Assembly (NCBI GenBank): GCA_963675785.1
Contig: OY776562.1
Location: 192,001 to 256,000, forward strand
Source: Anaerolineae bacterium
Lineage (GTDB): Bacteria; Chloroflexota; Anaerolineae; UBA1429
DNA: 64,000 nucleotides
Direction of reading: 5' to 3'
Each line of letters starts with the position of its first letter. Positions within the stretch are counted from its first letter, which is position 1. Below are positions 9,010 through 20,656 of this stretch, in pieces. The notes below the pieces were generated by a model. It made no database searches. It saw only the letters and a program-made list of their open reading frames with translations, and was not told the origin of the DNA. The position numbers and the translations under genes were made by a program.

Positions 9010-11353
9010 TCTTAATGCGCTGCAGTTCAACCCCTTGGCCATCGCTGCCGCTTAGCACCACGGTGTAATTCCCTGGTTCGAGCGCTGGTGGGTAGAGGAC
9101 GTGCGTGTCCTGCAAAGTATATCCCTCTGGCCAATCGGTCAGGGTCAGATCTCCCCCCAATATCTGCACGAGCGTCTGCCACACGGTTTCGCGCCCTTGC
9201 ACCAACTGCACTTGCCAGTCGAGATCGATCGAGCCGGCCGTGCGCTGCCAGTAGAGGTCTAGCTTGAGGGGGGCTCCCGAATATAGCTTGAGTTCGTCCA
9301 GATACTCATACCCCAGGCGGTAGAGCCCGTGGCCTACCAAACTTAGGCCCGGCCAGTCGACCTCGTCCTCCGTGGGGATGCTCAGCGCCGTGAGTGGTGC
9401 GGGCGTCTCGGGTAAGGCCACTTCCACCGAGGAGATGAGGATGGCATCCATTGTGGTTCCGTCGGCCAGGGTGACGGGCAGGCGCTCGCCGGTTTCGCCA
9501 TCGTACATGCCCAGGCGAATGCTGTATTGCCCTGGTGCGCTGGCGGCAGGCACCAGTAACCCGTAATTGTCGATGACCATCTCGCCCACAGACCAGCCAT
9601 CGGTGGGGCGACTGCCACCAACCGGCTCGCTATCGCGTTGGCCGATGATGTTGCCTTGAGCATCCAGCAGGTGCACAAAGGTCTTGTAACGCGTGTCGGT
9701 CTCAGCAGTGCACTGCCAAAAGAGTGTCAACTGGATGATATCGCCGCTGGTGAGGGTTTCCGGCGTTAGGGCATAGCCATTCAGCGCAAATCTATTCCCC
9801 ACCTGAGCATTGATCGCGACTTCCGGCTCATCGGCAGAGGCGGTAGGCACGGCATAGACGGCCAGGCGCACGTTGCCGAACCAACTATCCATGGTCTTGT
9901 AGAGGTTCTCGTCAAGCCAGCCCTCAATGAGCCCCTCGGGATCGCTGTCGCCGGTGGCCCAGAGGATGGCATAGATGCGGTCGTGGTTGGCAGCGATCTC
10001 TTGCAGGCTGGCCAGGGTGCTGGCTTCGTCTAGCGGACGCTGTTCTGGCAGTGGGTAAACCGGTTGCTCGCCCGTATAGTAGAGGTCAAAGGTTTCTACT
10101 TGGGCAGGGGCGTTAATGAGCACGGCCGAATCTGCGGTAGCCGCCGCTTGGATGTATTCGGCGATGCCTCGGTAATCATCGCGAGCGTAAGCGGCATCCC
10201 AATAGAGGTTTTTCAGCGAAAGCACGGGGCCTGTAATTGCCATTCCCAGTAGCAGAATAGCTGCTAACCCGCTCAGCCACTTGGAGGATTTCGCTTGAAT
10301 AGCTTGGACGGTGTTGGTTATACCAGCGGCCTGCAACCAGCAAAAGCCGGGCACAGCCACGATAAAGAATTTGGGCTTGTACATCGGTTGGCGCAGAGAG
10401 AGGCCGTACATTACCAGGATAGGCACCATTACATAGGCGCCAGCTAATAGCCGATTATGAAGGTCGGTTGGTTTATCTACAGCACGATTCTTGAACACGA
10501 GCCCCAACAGTGCCGGCAGAGCGGCTAGCAGGCTCAACCCCAACCATAGTGTCGTATCTGGCGCAGTGACGCCCAGGCTGTAAACGCCGAACACGCGACG
10601 TGCGAGTTCCCACAGGCTCAGGGGCTCGCTGACCGAGGGCCAGGCGCTGAGCGAGGACCAGGAAAAGACCAGCCAGGGGACATAGAGAGCGATGAGCCCC
10701 AGCTGAAAGGCAGCCCAAATCAATAGGGTCTTCCAGGCGAAGCGTGCTTTGCTGTGGCGCTGCTCGGCGATTAGCCAAATCAGCACGGCCACATTCTCGG
10801 CGGCGACGATAGCAAAGACAAAGTAATGGGTATAGACACCCAAAGCCGTAACCAGCAGCCAGAGGAAACTGCGCCCTAGGGGCAACTGCCCCTTTTCTTT
10901 GTGCGCCTCGAACAGGCGGGTCAGGGCCAGCATGGAGAGGACGCCCAGCAGGGCAGCCATCTCGTACATGCGGGTTTCCTGGCTGTAATAGATGAGCAGG
11001 GGGTTGAGGGCTGCCAGTGCTGTGGCGAGCAGGGCTGTGCCATCACTGCTGAATTTTTTCACCAGGGCATACAGTGCAGCCACCAAAAAAATACCCAGCA
11101 CCGCCGAAAGGCTGCGTGTGCCCGTTTCACTGCTGCCAAAGAGGGACGTCCAGCTGTGCAGGAGGTAGTAATAGAGGGGTGGGTGGATGTCATTCGCGGC
11201 GTTCTCGGTGATGGTGGGCAGATCGCGCAGGGCCAGCGCTACGCTGGTGCCTTCGTCATTCCAGTAGCTCTGGGCATCCAGGCGGTAAAAGCGCAACAGA
11301 GCGGTTGCCAGCAAGATCAGAATAAGCAGAATGATGCATGTGCGTCGTTTCAT
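8993..11353 (-). CDS. GT-C fold (PMT_2/GT39-like) membrane glycosyltransferase with extracytoplasmic C-terminal beta domains
   Basis: SYWNDE...DIHPPLYY...YYSQETRMY motifs and many TM helices; ATG at 11353 overlaps the upstream TGA. Confidence 0.8.
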   Translation of the reverse strand: MKRRTCIILLILILLATALLRFYRLDAQSYWNDEGTSVALALRDLPTITENAANDIHPPLYYYLLHSWTSLFGSSETGTRSLSAVLGIFLVAALYALVKKFSSDGTALLATALAALNPLLIYYSQETRMYEMAALLGVLSMLALTRLFEAHKEKGQLPLGRSFLWLLVTALGVYTHYFVFAIVAAENVAVLIWLIAEQRHSKARFAWKTLLIWAAFQLGLIALYVPWLVFSWSSLSAWPSVSEPLSLWELARRVFGVYSLGVTAPDTTLWLGLSLLAALPALLGLVFKNRAVDKPTDLHNRLLAGAYVMVPILVMYGLSLRQPMYKPKFFIVAVPGFCWLQAAGITNTVQAIQAKSSKWLSGLAAILLLGMAITGPVLSLKNLYWDAAYARDDYRGIAEYIQAAATADSAVLINAPAQVETFDLYYTGEQPVYPLPEQRPLDEASTLASLQEIAANHDRIYAILWATGDSDPEGLIEGWLDENLYKTMDSWFGNVRLAVYAVPTASADEPEVAINAQVGNRFALNGYALTPETLTSGDIIQLTLFWQCTAETDTRYKTFVHLLDAQGNIIGQRDSEPVGGSRPTDGWSVGEMVIDNYGLLVPAASAPGQYSIRLGMYDGETGERLPVTLADGTTMDAILISSVEVALPETPAPLTALSIPTEDEVDWPGLSLVGHGLYRLGYEYLDELKLYSGAPLKLDLYWQRTAGSIDLDWQVQLVQGRETVWQTLVQILGGDLTLTDWPEGYTLQDTHVLYPPALEPGNYTVVLSGSDGQGVELQRIKISATP

Positions 11354-13071
11354 GTCAGATCGCAATTGCCCTTGCGGCGGTTCTTGAGGCAGATAGCGGC
11401 TAGGGTGGCGAGCGCAAGCACAATGATGATGCCGGCTTCGAGCCAATGTGGATCCCCTTGATCAAAGATCAGCACGCCGTCGATTTCTGCTCGACCCGAG
11501 ACGACGGTGATGATAGCTGTGTGTTCACCCGAGCTTAGCCGATCACGCAAGCGCAAGTGTGTGCCGGTGTAAGAATCTGTCTTTTGGGCCGTCATGAATT
11601 CGACGGGCTCGCCGTCGACTGTGACGTCGAGTAGCACATCCCCCGTGGAGGGCAACATAACCAGGCCAAAGCGGTTGCCGCTAAAAGTGAATGTCAGAGT
11701 CTCTGGTGCATAGGCCTGAATGCACTCACCAAAGATAGCCTCGTCATCCTCGGCCACCTTCCAGCCATCGCTGTAGTCAAGGCCCCAGTCGTTCTCGTTG
11801 TGAAAACCCTCGGCCAGGGTGGGTGTTAGCTGCGTCAATTCCGCTATTGCGGTGTACACTGGCAAGGTGGTGAAATCGGGTTCTACCATGCGGAAATAGT
11901 ACCAGGCTTGATCCTGCTCGGCGTCAGAGGGACGCCGGAAGAACCAATAGTTCATCACGCCCATCCAGGGCCACTGCTCTTGGGCGAGGGTGTAGGCGGT
12001 TACGGTATATTCGGCCTGTTTTTCCTCGGTGACACGCCCGTAGATAGGGGCAGCCTCAAAATTTTCCGGAATGGCGTTCCAGCCGATCTCGGTGGCCCAG
12101 ATGGGGGTGGAAGAATCACCGTTTTCTACCATGATCTCGCGCAGCAAGGTGACGCGCTGAAAGTTGGCATTCTCTTCGCTGACACGCAGATCGGTAGGGC
12201 CAGTCCACAGGCCGTACACCTGAGCACCCATAATGTCGAAATAGCCGAGTGCGCCGGCATCGTACATGCTTTGTAGGAACATCAGGTCGCTCATGTTACT
12301 ACCGCCGGTCTCGGTGGTCTGAGCCAGTCCCGCGGCTAGAATCACACAGTCAGGGTCGGCCTCTTTGGCGCGCCGATAGCCAACTTTGAGCAGTTCGGTA
12401 TAAGCAGCTGGGTCTACGGCTTGATCGCCCCACTCTGGATAGATGTTGGGCTCGTTCCACAGCTGATAATAGCTGATGCGGCTGGCATAGCGGCTGACCA
12501 CGGCATAGACGAAATCGCCGTAATCAGCATAATCGTCGGGCGGTCCCTTGGACCATTCTGGTGTATCCTCGGTCGAGCGGCTCCAGACCGGCGGGTTGTC
12601 CAGTCGGGCGATGATCTGGATGCCGTATTTCTCGGCGGTTTCCACGATGAGGTCGTATTTGTCCCAGGCGCTGTGATCCCATTTGTGATCCCAGTAATCA
12701 CCCTTGCCCGAAATCTCGATGTCTTCCCAGGGGAATTCCTGGCGAATCCAAGTGATGCCAGCATCGGCCAGCAGGGCCATGCTTTCTTCAATCTTGGCCA
12801 ATTCGACTTCTTGCTCGAAAAAGGTATTGACGCCATAAGGGTAAACGCCACTATAGGCCACTGGCGTAAAAGGGTCTATATCGGGCTCGCTGCGCGTGAA
12901 CTTTATCCAGGCCAGCGAGAGGGAGCCCTTGATTTGCTCGGTCGTGTTTTCTTCGCCGGTCCAGGCATACATTTGCGTCTGAATGGCAGGCCAACAAGCC
13001 CAAATAACGCCGGTCAATAATCCCAGGCAGACGACAAGAATAATGATATTTATGATAACCCGTCTGGACAC
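11350..13071 (-). CDS. Membrane-anchored clan GH-A glycoside hydrolase (GH5/GH39-like) with C-terminal beta domain
   Basis: WNEPN acid/base and WATEIGW nucleophile motifs; N- and C-terminal TM helices with a basic tail. Confidence 0.75.
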   Translation of the reverse strand: MSRRVIINIIILVVCLGLLTGVIWACWPAIQTQMYAWTGEENTTEQIKGSLSLAWIKFTRSEPDIDPFTPVAYSGVYPYGVNTFFEQEVELAKIEESMALLADAGITWIRQEFPWEDIEISGKGDYWDHKWDHSAWDKYDLIVETAEKYGIQIIARLDNPPVWSRSTEDTPEWSKGPPDDYADYGDFVYAVVSRYASRISYYQLWNEPNIYPEWGDQAVDPAAYTELLKVGYRRAKEADPDCVILAAGLAQTTETGGSNMSDLMFLQSMYDAGALGYFDIMGAQVYGLWTGPTDLRVSEENANFQRVTLLREIMVENGDSSTPIWATEIGWNAIPENFEAAPIYGRVTEEKQAEYTVTAYTLAQEQWPWMGVMNYWFFRRPSDAEQDQAWYYFRMVEPDFTTLPVYTAIAELTQLTPTLAEGFHNENDWGLDYSDGWKVAEDDEAIFGECIQAYAPETLTFTFSGNRFGLVMLPSTGDVLLDVTVDGEPVEFMTAQKTDSYTGTHLRLRDRLSSGEHTAIITVVSGRAEIDGVLIFDQGDPHWLEAGIIIVLALATLAAICLKNRRKGNCDLT

Positions 13072-13136
13072 AGTTTCTCCTCGTGGTATACAAGCAGTAG
13101 TCTCAAGACGTGAGCATTAGACCCCATGTTCCCCGA

Positions 13137-14420
13137 CTATTCGCGTTTGCGCGTCGAACGGCGCACCTGGTGATCTGCCTCAGCACCGCTGTAGGGGGGT
13201 ACATCGAGGATGAGCTGGGTGCAACGATCCTGGTTGCTCATACGGCTGCGCAGGCGCTCGTCCAGTTGGTCCCATTCGTTGTTGCTGCAAGTGACAATGG
13301 TCGAGGCACCGGAGAGGAAGCGTGTGTTCAAAAGCTGAAAGAGCTTTTCGCGGGCCCAGGCTGAAGCATTTTGGGTGGACATATCGTCCAGCACGAGCAG
13401 CGGAGCGCCCTTGACCTGGTTAAAGCGTCGGTCGTAAGAAATGCCTGCTCCTGGCGAAAAGGTTGCCCGTAGATAGTCCATCAGGTCGGGCACCGAGACA
13501 AAGAACACGCCGATGCCCCGCCGCTGGATGTGGTTAGCAATGGCGGCGGCGATATGCGTCTTGCCGGTACCGTAATCGCCGCGGACGATGAGCCAGTTAT
13601 GGGGATTGTCAGCATAACGTTCGGCCACTTGCTGGGCCTCGCGAAAGGCCTTGAATGGACGCACTCGCAACGTCGAAAAGGTCATGGCTTGGTAAGGATC
13701 GAGACTGCCAAAGGTTTTGTCTTTGCCATCCATGCGAAAATCGGGTGAGACAAATTCGACCAGTTGAACCAGATGACGATCTCCCAGACGAGAGGCCAGG
13801 CGCGGGTCGATTTCATTCAGTGTTTGGTTGGTGGTCATTATCGTAGGCAGCTGGGCGTTATAGCGATAGTTCAAGATCTGGTAGAGCTTTTCCGCAGCCC
13901 AGGGCGTGGCATTATGAGTTCCCAGGTCATCCAGAATGAGCAGGTGGATGTTGCGGATGGCCTCCAGATGTTCGTCATAAGTGAGTGGACTGGAAGGCGC
14001 GTAGGTGCTGCGCAGCTGGTCGAGCAGATCTGGCACAACCTCAAACAGTGTGGGGACGCCTTGATCTGTGCAATAGTTGGCAATGGCGGCAGCAAGATGC
14101 GTTTTGCCGCAACCATGCCCGCCTCGAAGCATAAGCCAGCCGTGGGGGTTTTTAGCAAACTGTAAGCAGGTAGCTTTGGCTGCTGGCAGAAAAGGGTTTT
14201 GCTCTGGGGCAATAGGCGTCGTCTCTTGAAACGAGTCAAAGGTCATGTGTGTGAGATGCTCGACATTGCCTGTGTGGCGCAGCTGGTGGAGCTGTCTGTC
14301 TATCATCTCGCGTTGTTTGCATCTACAGGGCACAGCTTTGCCAAAGCGGGGATCGTCGACGGGGACGTCGAACAATATCCAGCCGGTGCCGCCGCAAATG
14401 GGACATTTGGGATCAGTCAT
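13137..14420 (-). CDS. DnaC/DnaI/IstB-like helicase loader with N-terminal Zn ribbon and two tandem AAA+ domains
   Basis: CPICGG...PCRC; Walker A GGHGCGKTH and GDYGTGKTH; Walker B LLILDD and LLVLDD; in an operon with dnaB and a DnaD-domain gene. Confidence 0.85.
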   Translation of the reverse strand: MTDPKCPICGGTGWILFDVPVDDPRFGKAVPCRCKQREMIDRQLHQLRHTGNVEHLTHMTFDSFQETTPIAPEQNPFLPAAKATCLQFAKNPHGWLMLRGGHGCGKTHLAAAIANYCTDQGVPTLFEVVPDLLDQLRSTYAPSSPLTYDEHLEAIRNIHLLILDDLGTHNATPWAAEKLYQILNYRYNAQLPTIMTTNQTLNEIDPRLASRLGDRHLVQLVEFVSPDFRMDGKDKTFGSLDPYQAMTFSTLRVRPFKAFREAQQVAERYADNPHNWLIVRGDYGTGKTHIAAAIANHIQRRGIGVFFVSVPDLMDYLRATFSPGAGISYDRRFNQVKGAPLLVLDDMSTQNASAWAREKLFQLLNTRFLSGASTIVTCSNNEWDQLDERLRSRMSNQDRCTQLILDVPPYSGAEADHQVRRSTRKRE

Positions 14421-15072
14421 CGTTGCGTACTCTTGCCATCATCTTTGCCGCGCGTTTGCCAGCGTTCGAGTACGGCGCGAATGTAGCGCCAACTCCGAGC
14501 ATTGTTTTCAACGGCTATGCGAAAAGCCTCTTCAATCCAATCGGTGGGATAGATCTCTTCTGCCTCTTGGAGTTCTTCGGCCAGCAAGGGCTGTAGTAGC
14601 CCAATGTTTTGTTCGTAGAGTTCAAAAATGTGTGGACGTTCGCGTTGAATGTGAGGTTCTAAAACATGCCCCTCGCGTTCAAGAACCAATCCGCCGCTTT
14701 TGATCTCGCGTTCTGCCTGGCGGCTCAGGGCCGTGTTCATCATAATATAGCGTGTCTGCTCGGTGCCTTCGTCGATGTGAATTTCTAGCAGCACACCATG
14801 TACAATGGCGGCCTCGACGGCCTGACGCAGTACCTCGATGCGCTCTTTCATTGAGAGTGATTCGCCCATGGCCGTGAGTAGCGTGCCCTCGGTTTCTAGC
14901 TCTTTCAGGGTCATATAACGCGGATAACCCGACTGGCGGCGTAAATACCAAAACATGTACAGAATAATCTTGAGTTCTGCCAGGTCTGTAACCTGGGGCA
15001 GTATCTCTGTGTAGAAAAGATCTGGAATAGGTGTGACGCGCAATTTGCCGTCAGGGAAGCCTTGAAAGTCGA

Positions 15073-15076
<4 letters not shown>
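14417..15076 (-). CDS. DnaD-domain replication protein
   Basis: C-terminal [10 protein letters not shown]...[19 protein letters not shown]; ATGA overlaps with both neighbours. Confidence 0.85.
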
Positions 15077-16443
<1,367 letters not shown>

Positions 16444-16446
16444 AGG

Positions 16447-16944
16447 TTATTCTCTCCCCATATCATCCATGTCAAGTGAATCGATGAGATCGCGGTAGAC
16501 ATCTAGTTCGTCGTCTGGAGTTTTCTCACCCATCTCTAGGCGTTCTGCTTCTTTTATGCCTGCGCGGTCGAACACGCTTTCCTCTACATAGATGGGAATT
16601 GAGGCGCGCAGGGCAAAGGCGATTGCATCGCTCGAACGTGAATCAATATACTTTATCTCGCCATTCTGAGAGATGGCTAATCTCGCATAAAAGACGTTAT
16701 CTGACAGTTCACTCACAACAGCATATTGTGGAGATCCACCCAGCTCGCGGACTATGCTCAACAAGAGATCGTGGGTCAGGGGGCGCGGTACAGGGGTCTC
16801 TTGCAGGCGAATGGCGATGGATTCGGATTCGGCCAGGCCAACAAAAATCGGCAAAAAGCGATCCCCATCCTCTTCACGCAAAAGGACGACGCGGTGCCGA
16901 GAAAGTAGACTATAGTATAGCGAGTACACACTTACTTGGATCAT
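16447..16944 (-). CDS. Bifunctional nuclease family protein (DUF151)
   Basis: RFLPIFVG...PRPLTHDLL...IDSRSSDAIAFALR; ATG at 16944 after AAGGGG. Confidence 0.88.
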   Translation of the reverse strand: MIQVSVYSLYYSLLSRHRVVLLREEDGDRFLPIFVGLAESESIAIRLQETPVPRPLTHDLLLSIVRELGGSPQYAVVSELSDNVFYARLAISQNGEIKYIDSRSSDAIAFALRASIPIYVEESVFDRAGIKEAERLEMGEKTPDDELDVYRDLIDSLDMDDMGRE

Positions 16945-17072
16945 GTGCAGCGACCCCTTTCGTGAGTTGATTATAACACACCAGCAGGCTCTGGCACAGC
17001 GAGAGCGCCCAACTGGGAGCACGGACGCAGATGCAGGTATAATGGCGTCGATATGATTTATGGAGAAGGTAC

Positions 17073-18014
17073 ATGAGCAAGACCTTGATTGGGTTGGATA
17101 TCGGAGGAACCAAGACAGCGCTGGTTTTGGGGGATGATGAGGGGCAGGTAACGTTGCGCCGCCAATTTCTCACCGATCCCGTTGGTGGTTTTACGGGTTG
17201 GCTGAAACAACTGGGTGCGCTGTATCATCAGGTCGTACTAGAGGTCGATTCGCCTCAGGCCATAAGCGTTTCCATTGGTGGCCCATTAGATATCGAACGC
17301 GGCATCATCTATTCGCCGCCGAATCTGCCAGGCTGGGATGCTGTCCCACTTAAAGCAACATTAGAAGAGCGTTTTGATCTCCCCGTCTATGTCGAACATG
17401 ATGGCAACGCAGGCGCTATTGCCGAATGGCGATTCGGCGCAGGACGCGGCACACGCAATATGGTATTTCTTACTATGGGGACGGGTCTTGGCGCTGGATT
17501 CATCTTGGATGGGCGCGTATACCGTGGCACCACCGACCTTGCCGGAGAAGTGGGTCACATGCGCATTGCCGAGGATGGTCCTGAGGCGTATGGCAAGCGA
17601 GGCTCTTGGGAGGGATACTGTGCTGGGCCGGCTTTTGCTCGCTTGGCACAGCAGATGTACCCCTATCGCTGGCCGGAATTGCCAGCGACGCCCGAGATAG
17701 CATCGCTGGCGCTGGCGGGCGACGAACAGGCGCTCGATGTGGTGCGCCGCGTGGGCACGTATTTGGGCAGGGGGCTGGCTGTGCTCGCTGATTTGCTGAA
17801 TCCCGAGTGCGTCGTCATTGGTAGTATGGCCGTGCGCTTGGGCGATCTGGTGCTGGAACCTGCCCGGCAGGAACTGGCCCGAGAAGCACTTACTGCTGCT
17901 GCCGCTGCCTGCCGGGTAGTGCCGGCTGCGCTTGGCGAAAGTATCGGCGATATCGCCTCATTGTGTGCGGCAATTCAAGCCCTGCATGAAAAGGGAGTTG
18001 AGGATAATGGTTGA
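17073..18014 (+). CDS. ROK family sugar kinase
   Basis: GLDIGGTK, EHDGNAGAIAE, GTGLGAG, AGEVGH motifs. Confidence 0.9.
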   Translation: MSKTLIGLDIGGTKTALVLGDDEGQVTLRRQFLTDPVGGFTGWLKQLGALYHQVVLEVDSPQAISVSIGGPLDIERGIIYSPPNLPGWDAVPLKATLEERFDLPVYVEHDGNAGAIAEWRFGAGRGTRNMVFLTMGTGLGAGFILDGRVYRGTTDLAGEVGHMRIAEDGPEAYGKRGSWEGYCAGPAFARLAQQMYPYRWPELPATPEIASLALAGDEQALDVVRRVGTYLGRGLAVLADLLNPECVVIGSMAVRLGDLVLEPARQELAREALTAAAAACRVVPAALGESIGDIASLCAAIQALHEKGVEDNG

Positions 18015-20124
18015 GATCAGTCAGGGACACCCTTCCCCCTTAGGAGCCACCGTGATGACCGGCGGGGTCAATTTCTCCCTTTTTTCGGCCAATGCCACCT
18101 CGGTGGAGCTATTGCTCTTTGATCGCATGGATCAACCTGATCCTGTGGTGATTGCCCTCGATCCCCAGGTCAATCACACCTATTATTACTGGCATGTCAT
18201 GGTGCACGGTATTGGCCATGGGCAAATTTATGGCTATCGTGTGCACGGGCCTTATTGCCCCGAGCGGGGTATGCGTTTCAATGCCCACAAGATATTACTC
18301 GATCCTTATACACGTCTCGTGGCTTATGGCGATAATTGGGATCGGCGTCTGGCCTACGGCATGGGCGACAACACAGTTTCTGCGCTCAAGTCGGTGGTCG
18401 TAGATGATGGCCTCTATGATTGGGAGGGGGATGAACCGCACTGCCGCCCTATGGGAGAGAGCATCTTTTACGAGATGCATGTGCGCGGCTTTACACGCCA
18501 CGATTCTTCGGGGGTTGCTCATCCAGGTACCTATCGTGGCGTCATCGAAAAGATCCCCTATCTCCAGAATTTGGGCATTACGGCCATAGAGTTATTGCCC
18601 GTGCAGCAGCACGACGAACAAGAGGTTGAGCGAGAAAACCCCATTACCGGCGAACCCTTGATCAATTACTGGGGATATGCGCCATTGGCACCTTTTGCGC
18701 CTCATGCTGGCTATGCTGTTAAAGGCGGACTTGCGGCTCTGGATGAGTTCCGTGATATGGTCAAGGCTCTGCACAGGGCAGGCATTGAAGTCATTGTTGA
18801 TGTGGTTTTTAACCACACCGCCGAAGGGGATGAAAAGGGGCCGACTATCTGCCTGCGTGGGCTGGAGAATGTGGCCTACTATATGCTCAAAGAGGATCCC
18901 CGCTACTATTACGATTTCTCCGGTTGCGGCAACACCGTGAGTGGCAATCATTCCATAGTGCGGCGGCTCATTCGCAATTGCCTACGCTATTGGGTGCGCG
19001 AGTTACATGTGGACGGTTTCCGCTTTGACCTGGCTTCGATTCTTTCACGCGATGAAGATGGCACACCTATCGATAACTCGCCCATTCTTTGGGAGCTCGA
19101 ATCTGATCCAGTGCTTGCCGGTACCAAACTCATTGCCGAGGCCTGGGATGCTGGCGGACTCTATCAGCTTGGTTCTTTTACTGGCGATAGATGGGCAGAG
19201 TGGAACGGACGTTTTCGCGATGATGTACGCCGATTTGTGCGTGGCGAAGCTGGCATGGTGCGTGATCTGGCCTGGCGTATGACCGGCAGCTATGATCTCT
19301 TTAGGGATAAGGATAGTTTTTCCTGGCACCGCAGTGTCAACTATATCACCTGCCACGATGGGTTCACACTCAACGACCTGGTGAGCTATCAAAAAAAGCA
19401 TAACGAGGCCAACGGCGAGAATAACTTGGATGGCTGGGAGCACAACCTAAGCTGGAATTGTGGTGCTGAGGGCGAGACGGACGATCCAGAGATACTGAGC
19501 CTGCGTTTTCGGCAGATGCATAACTTGATGGCCTTACTTTTACTGGGACGCGGTACACCACTCGTGTTGGGGGGTGATGAGTTTGGACGCACCCAACAGG
19601 GTAATAACAACGCTTACTGTCAGGATAACGAGATTAGCTGGTTCGATTGGGGTTTGCTTCAAGAAAACGACAAGCTCTATCACTTTGTTCGCTATTTAAT
19701 TTGGCTGAGGCGGCAACATCCTACGTTACGCGCCTACGATATGCCTCATCCAGGGGCCTATCGGGAGGGCATGACGCAGGGGGTTTCTTTCCATGGCACC
19801 AAGCTGCATGAACCCGATTGGACCAATGAATCGCGCAGCCTGGCCATTCAGTTTCATGGGGTAGAAGGGGATATCGATTTCTGCCTGCTGATCAACGCAT
19901 TTTGGGGGCCACTCGAGTTCGAGCTATCCCCTGAAAAGAACTGGCGTTGTCTGTTTGACACCTGGCAGATGCAAACTGAAACCAATCTGCCCGTGGGGCG
20001 CGGGCCGCTGAACGAGGGGAGCTACACTGTTGAGGCGCGAAGTGTCGTATTACTGGCCGAATGGCAGCCAGGGCAAGAGCTGATTGATTGGACTAACCCC
20101 AATGGGCGAGCACCTCATCTTTAA
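18007..20124 (+). CDS. glgX: Glycogen debranching enzyme GlgX (GH13)
   Basis: PLGAT, NYWGY, DVVFNHT, DGFRFDLA, LIAEAWD, TCHDGFTL, QGNNNAYCQDN; ATG 18007 after GAGGA. Confidence 0.95.
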   Translation: MVEISQGHPSPLGATVMTGGVNFSLFSANATSVELLLFDRMDQPDPVVIALDPQVNHTYYYWHVMVHGIGHGQIYGYRVHGPYCPERGMRFNAHKILLDPYTRLVAYGDNWDRRLAYGMGDNTVSALKSVVVDDGLYDWEGDEPHCRPMGESIFYEMHVRGFTRHDSSGVAHPGTYRGVIEKIPYLQNLGITAIELLPVQQHDEQEVERENPITGEPLINYWGYAPLAPFAPHAGYAVKGGLAALDEFRDMVKALHRAGIEVIVDVVFNHTAEGDEKGPTICLRGLENVAYYMLKEDPRYYYDFSGCGNTVSGNHSIVRRLIRNCLRYWVRELHVDGFRFDLASILSRDEDGTPIDNSPILWELESDPVLAGTKLIAEAWDAGGLYQLGSFTGDRWAEWNGRFRDDVRRFVRGEAGMVRDLAWRMTGSYDLFRDKDSFSWHRSVNYITCHDGFTLNDLVSYQKKHNEANGENNLDGWEHNLSWNCGAEGETDDPEILSLRFRQMHNLMALLLLGRGTPLVLGGDEFGRTQQGNNNAYCQDNEISWFDWGLLQENDKLYHFVRYLIWLRRQHPTLRAYDMPHPGAYREGMTQGVSFHGTKLHEPDWTNESRSLAIQFHGVEGDIDFCLLINAFWGPLEFELSPEKNWRCLFDTWQMQTETNLPVGRGPLNEGSYTVEARSVVLLAEWQPGQELIDWTNPNGRAPHL

Positions 20125-20656
20125 GCGTGCCTACAAAGGGCAGGTTGCGATAATAGCCGTTTGCATCGAGACCATAGCCCACCACATATTCATCGGGTAA
20201 CTCAAAGCCCTGATATTTGAGAGGTATGTCGATAAGACGGCGGTAAGGGCGATCGAATAGTACGCAGATGCTAAGACTGGCTGGGTTTCGAACCTGCAAC
20301 GTTCGCAGTAAATAATTCATGGTCAGGCCGGTATCGATCACATCCTCAATAAAGAGCACATGTCGATCCTCGATGGACATGCCCAGGTCCTTGGTGATAC
20401 GCACTGCGCCCGATAGAGCATCGGCGTTGTATTGTGAGACGGCTATGAAATCCACGGCCATGGGGATCGAGAGATTTTTCAAGAGATCGGCCATAAAGGG
20501 TACGACACCCGTTAGAACGCCGACGAGGATAGGATCTTTATTGACATAATCTTTAGAAATCTCTTGGGCGAGTTCGCAGATGCGCGTTTGTATCTCGCTA
20601 TCGTTCAAGATGATGCTATCAATGTCATCCAGAATATTTTCACTTGGCCAGCCCAT
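20093..20656 (-). CDS. hpt: Hypoxanthine phosphoribosyltransferase
   Basis: VLFIEDVIDTGLT PRPP-binding loop; VVGYGLD...YRNLP. Confidence 0.93.
   Translation of the reverse strand: MGWPSENILDDIDSIILNDSEIQTRICELAQEISKDYVNKDPILVGVLTGVVPFMADLLKNLSIPMAVDFIAVSQYNADALSGAVRITKDLGMSIEDRHVLFIEDVIDTGLTMNYLLRTLQVRNPASLSICVLFDRPYRRLIDIPLKYQGFELPDEYVVGYGLDANGYYRNLPFVGTLKDEVLAHWG

Noticed and set aside
13137-14420. IS21 element suggested by IstB-like ATPase domains
   Set aside because: No IstA transposase, terminal inverted repeats or target duplication; the gene is translationally coupled to the DnaD-domain gene and dnaB
20093-20124. Convergent 3' overlaps (glgX/hpt and fdhD/GT-C at 8993-9009) as antisense regulation
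   Set aside because: Short tail-to-tail overlaps are common in compact genomes and nothing else supports a regulatory role
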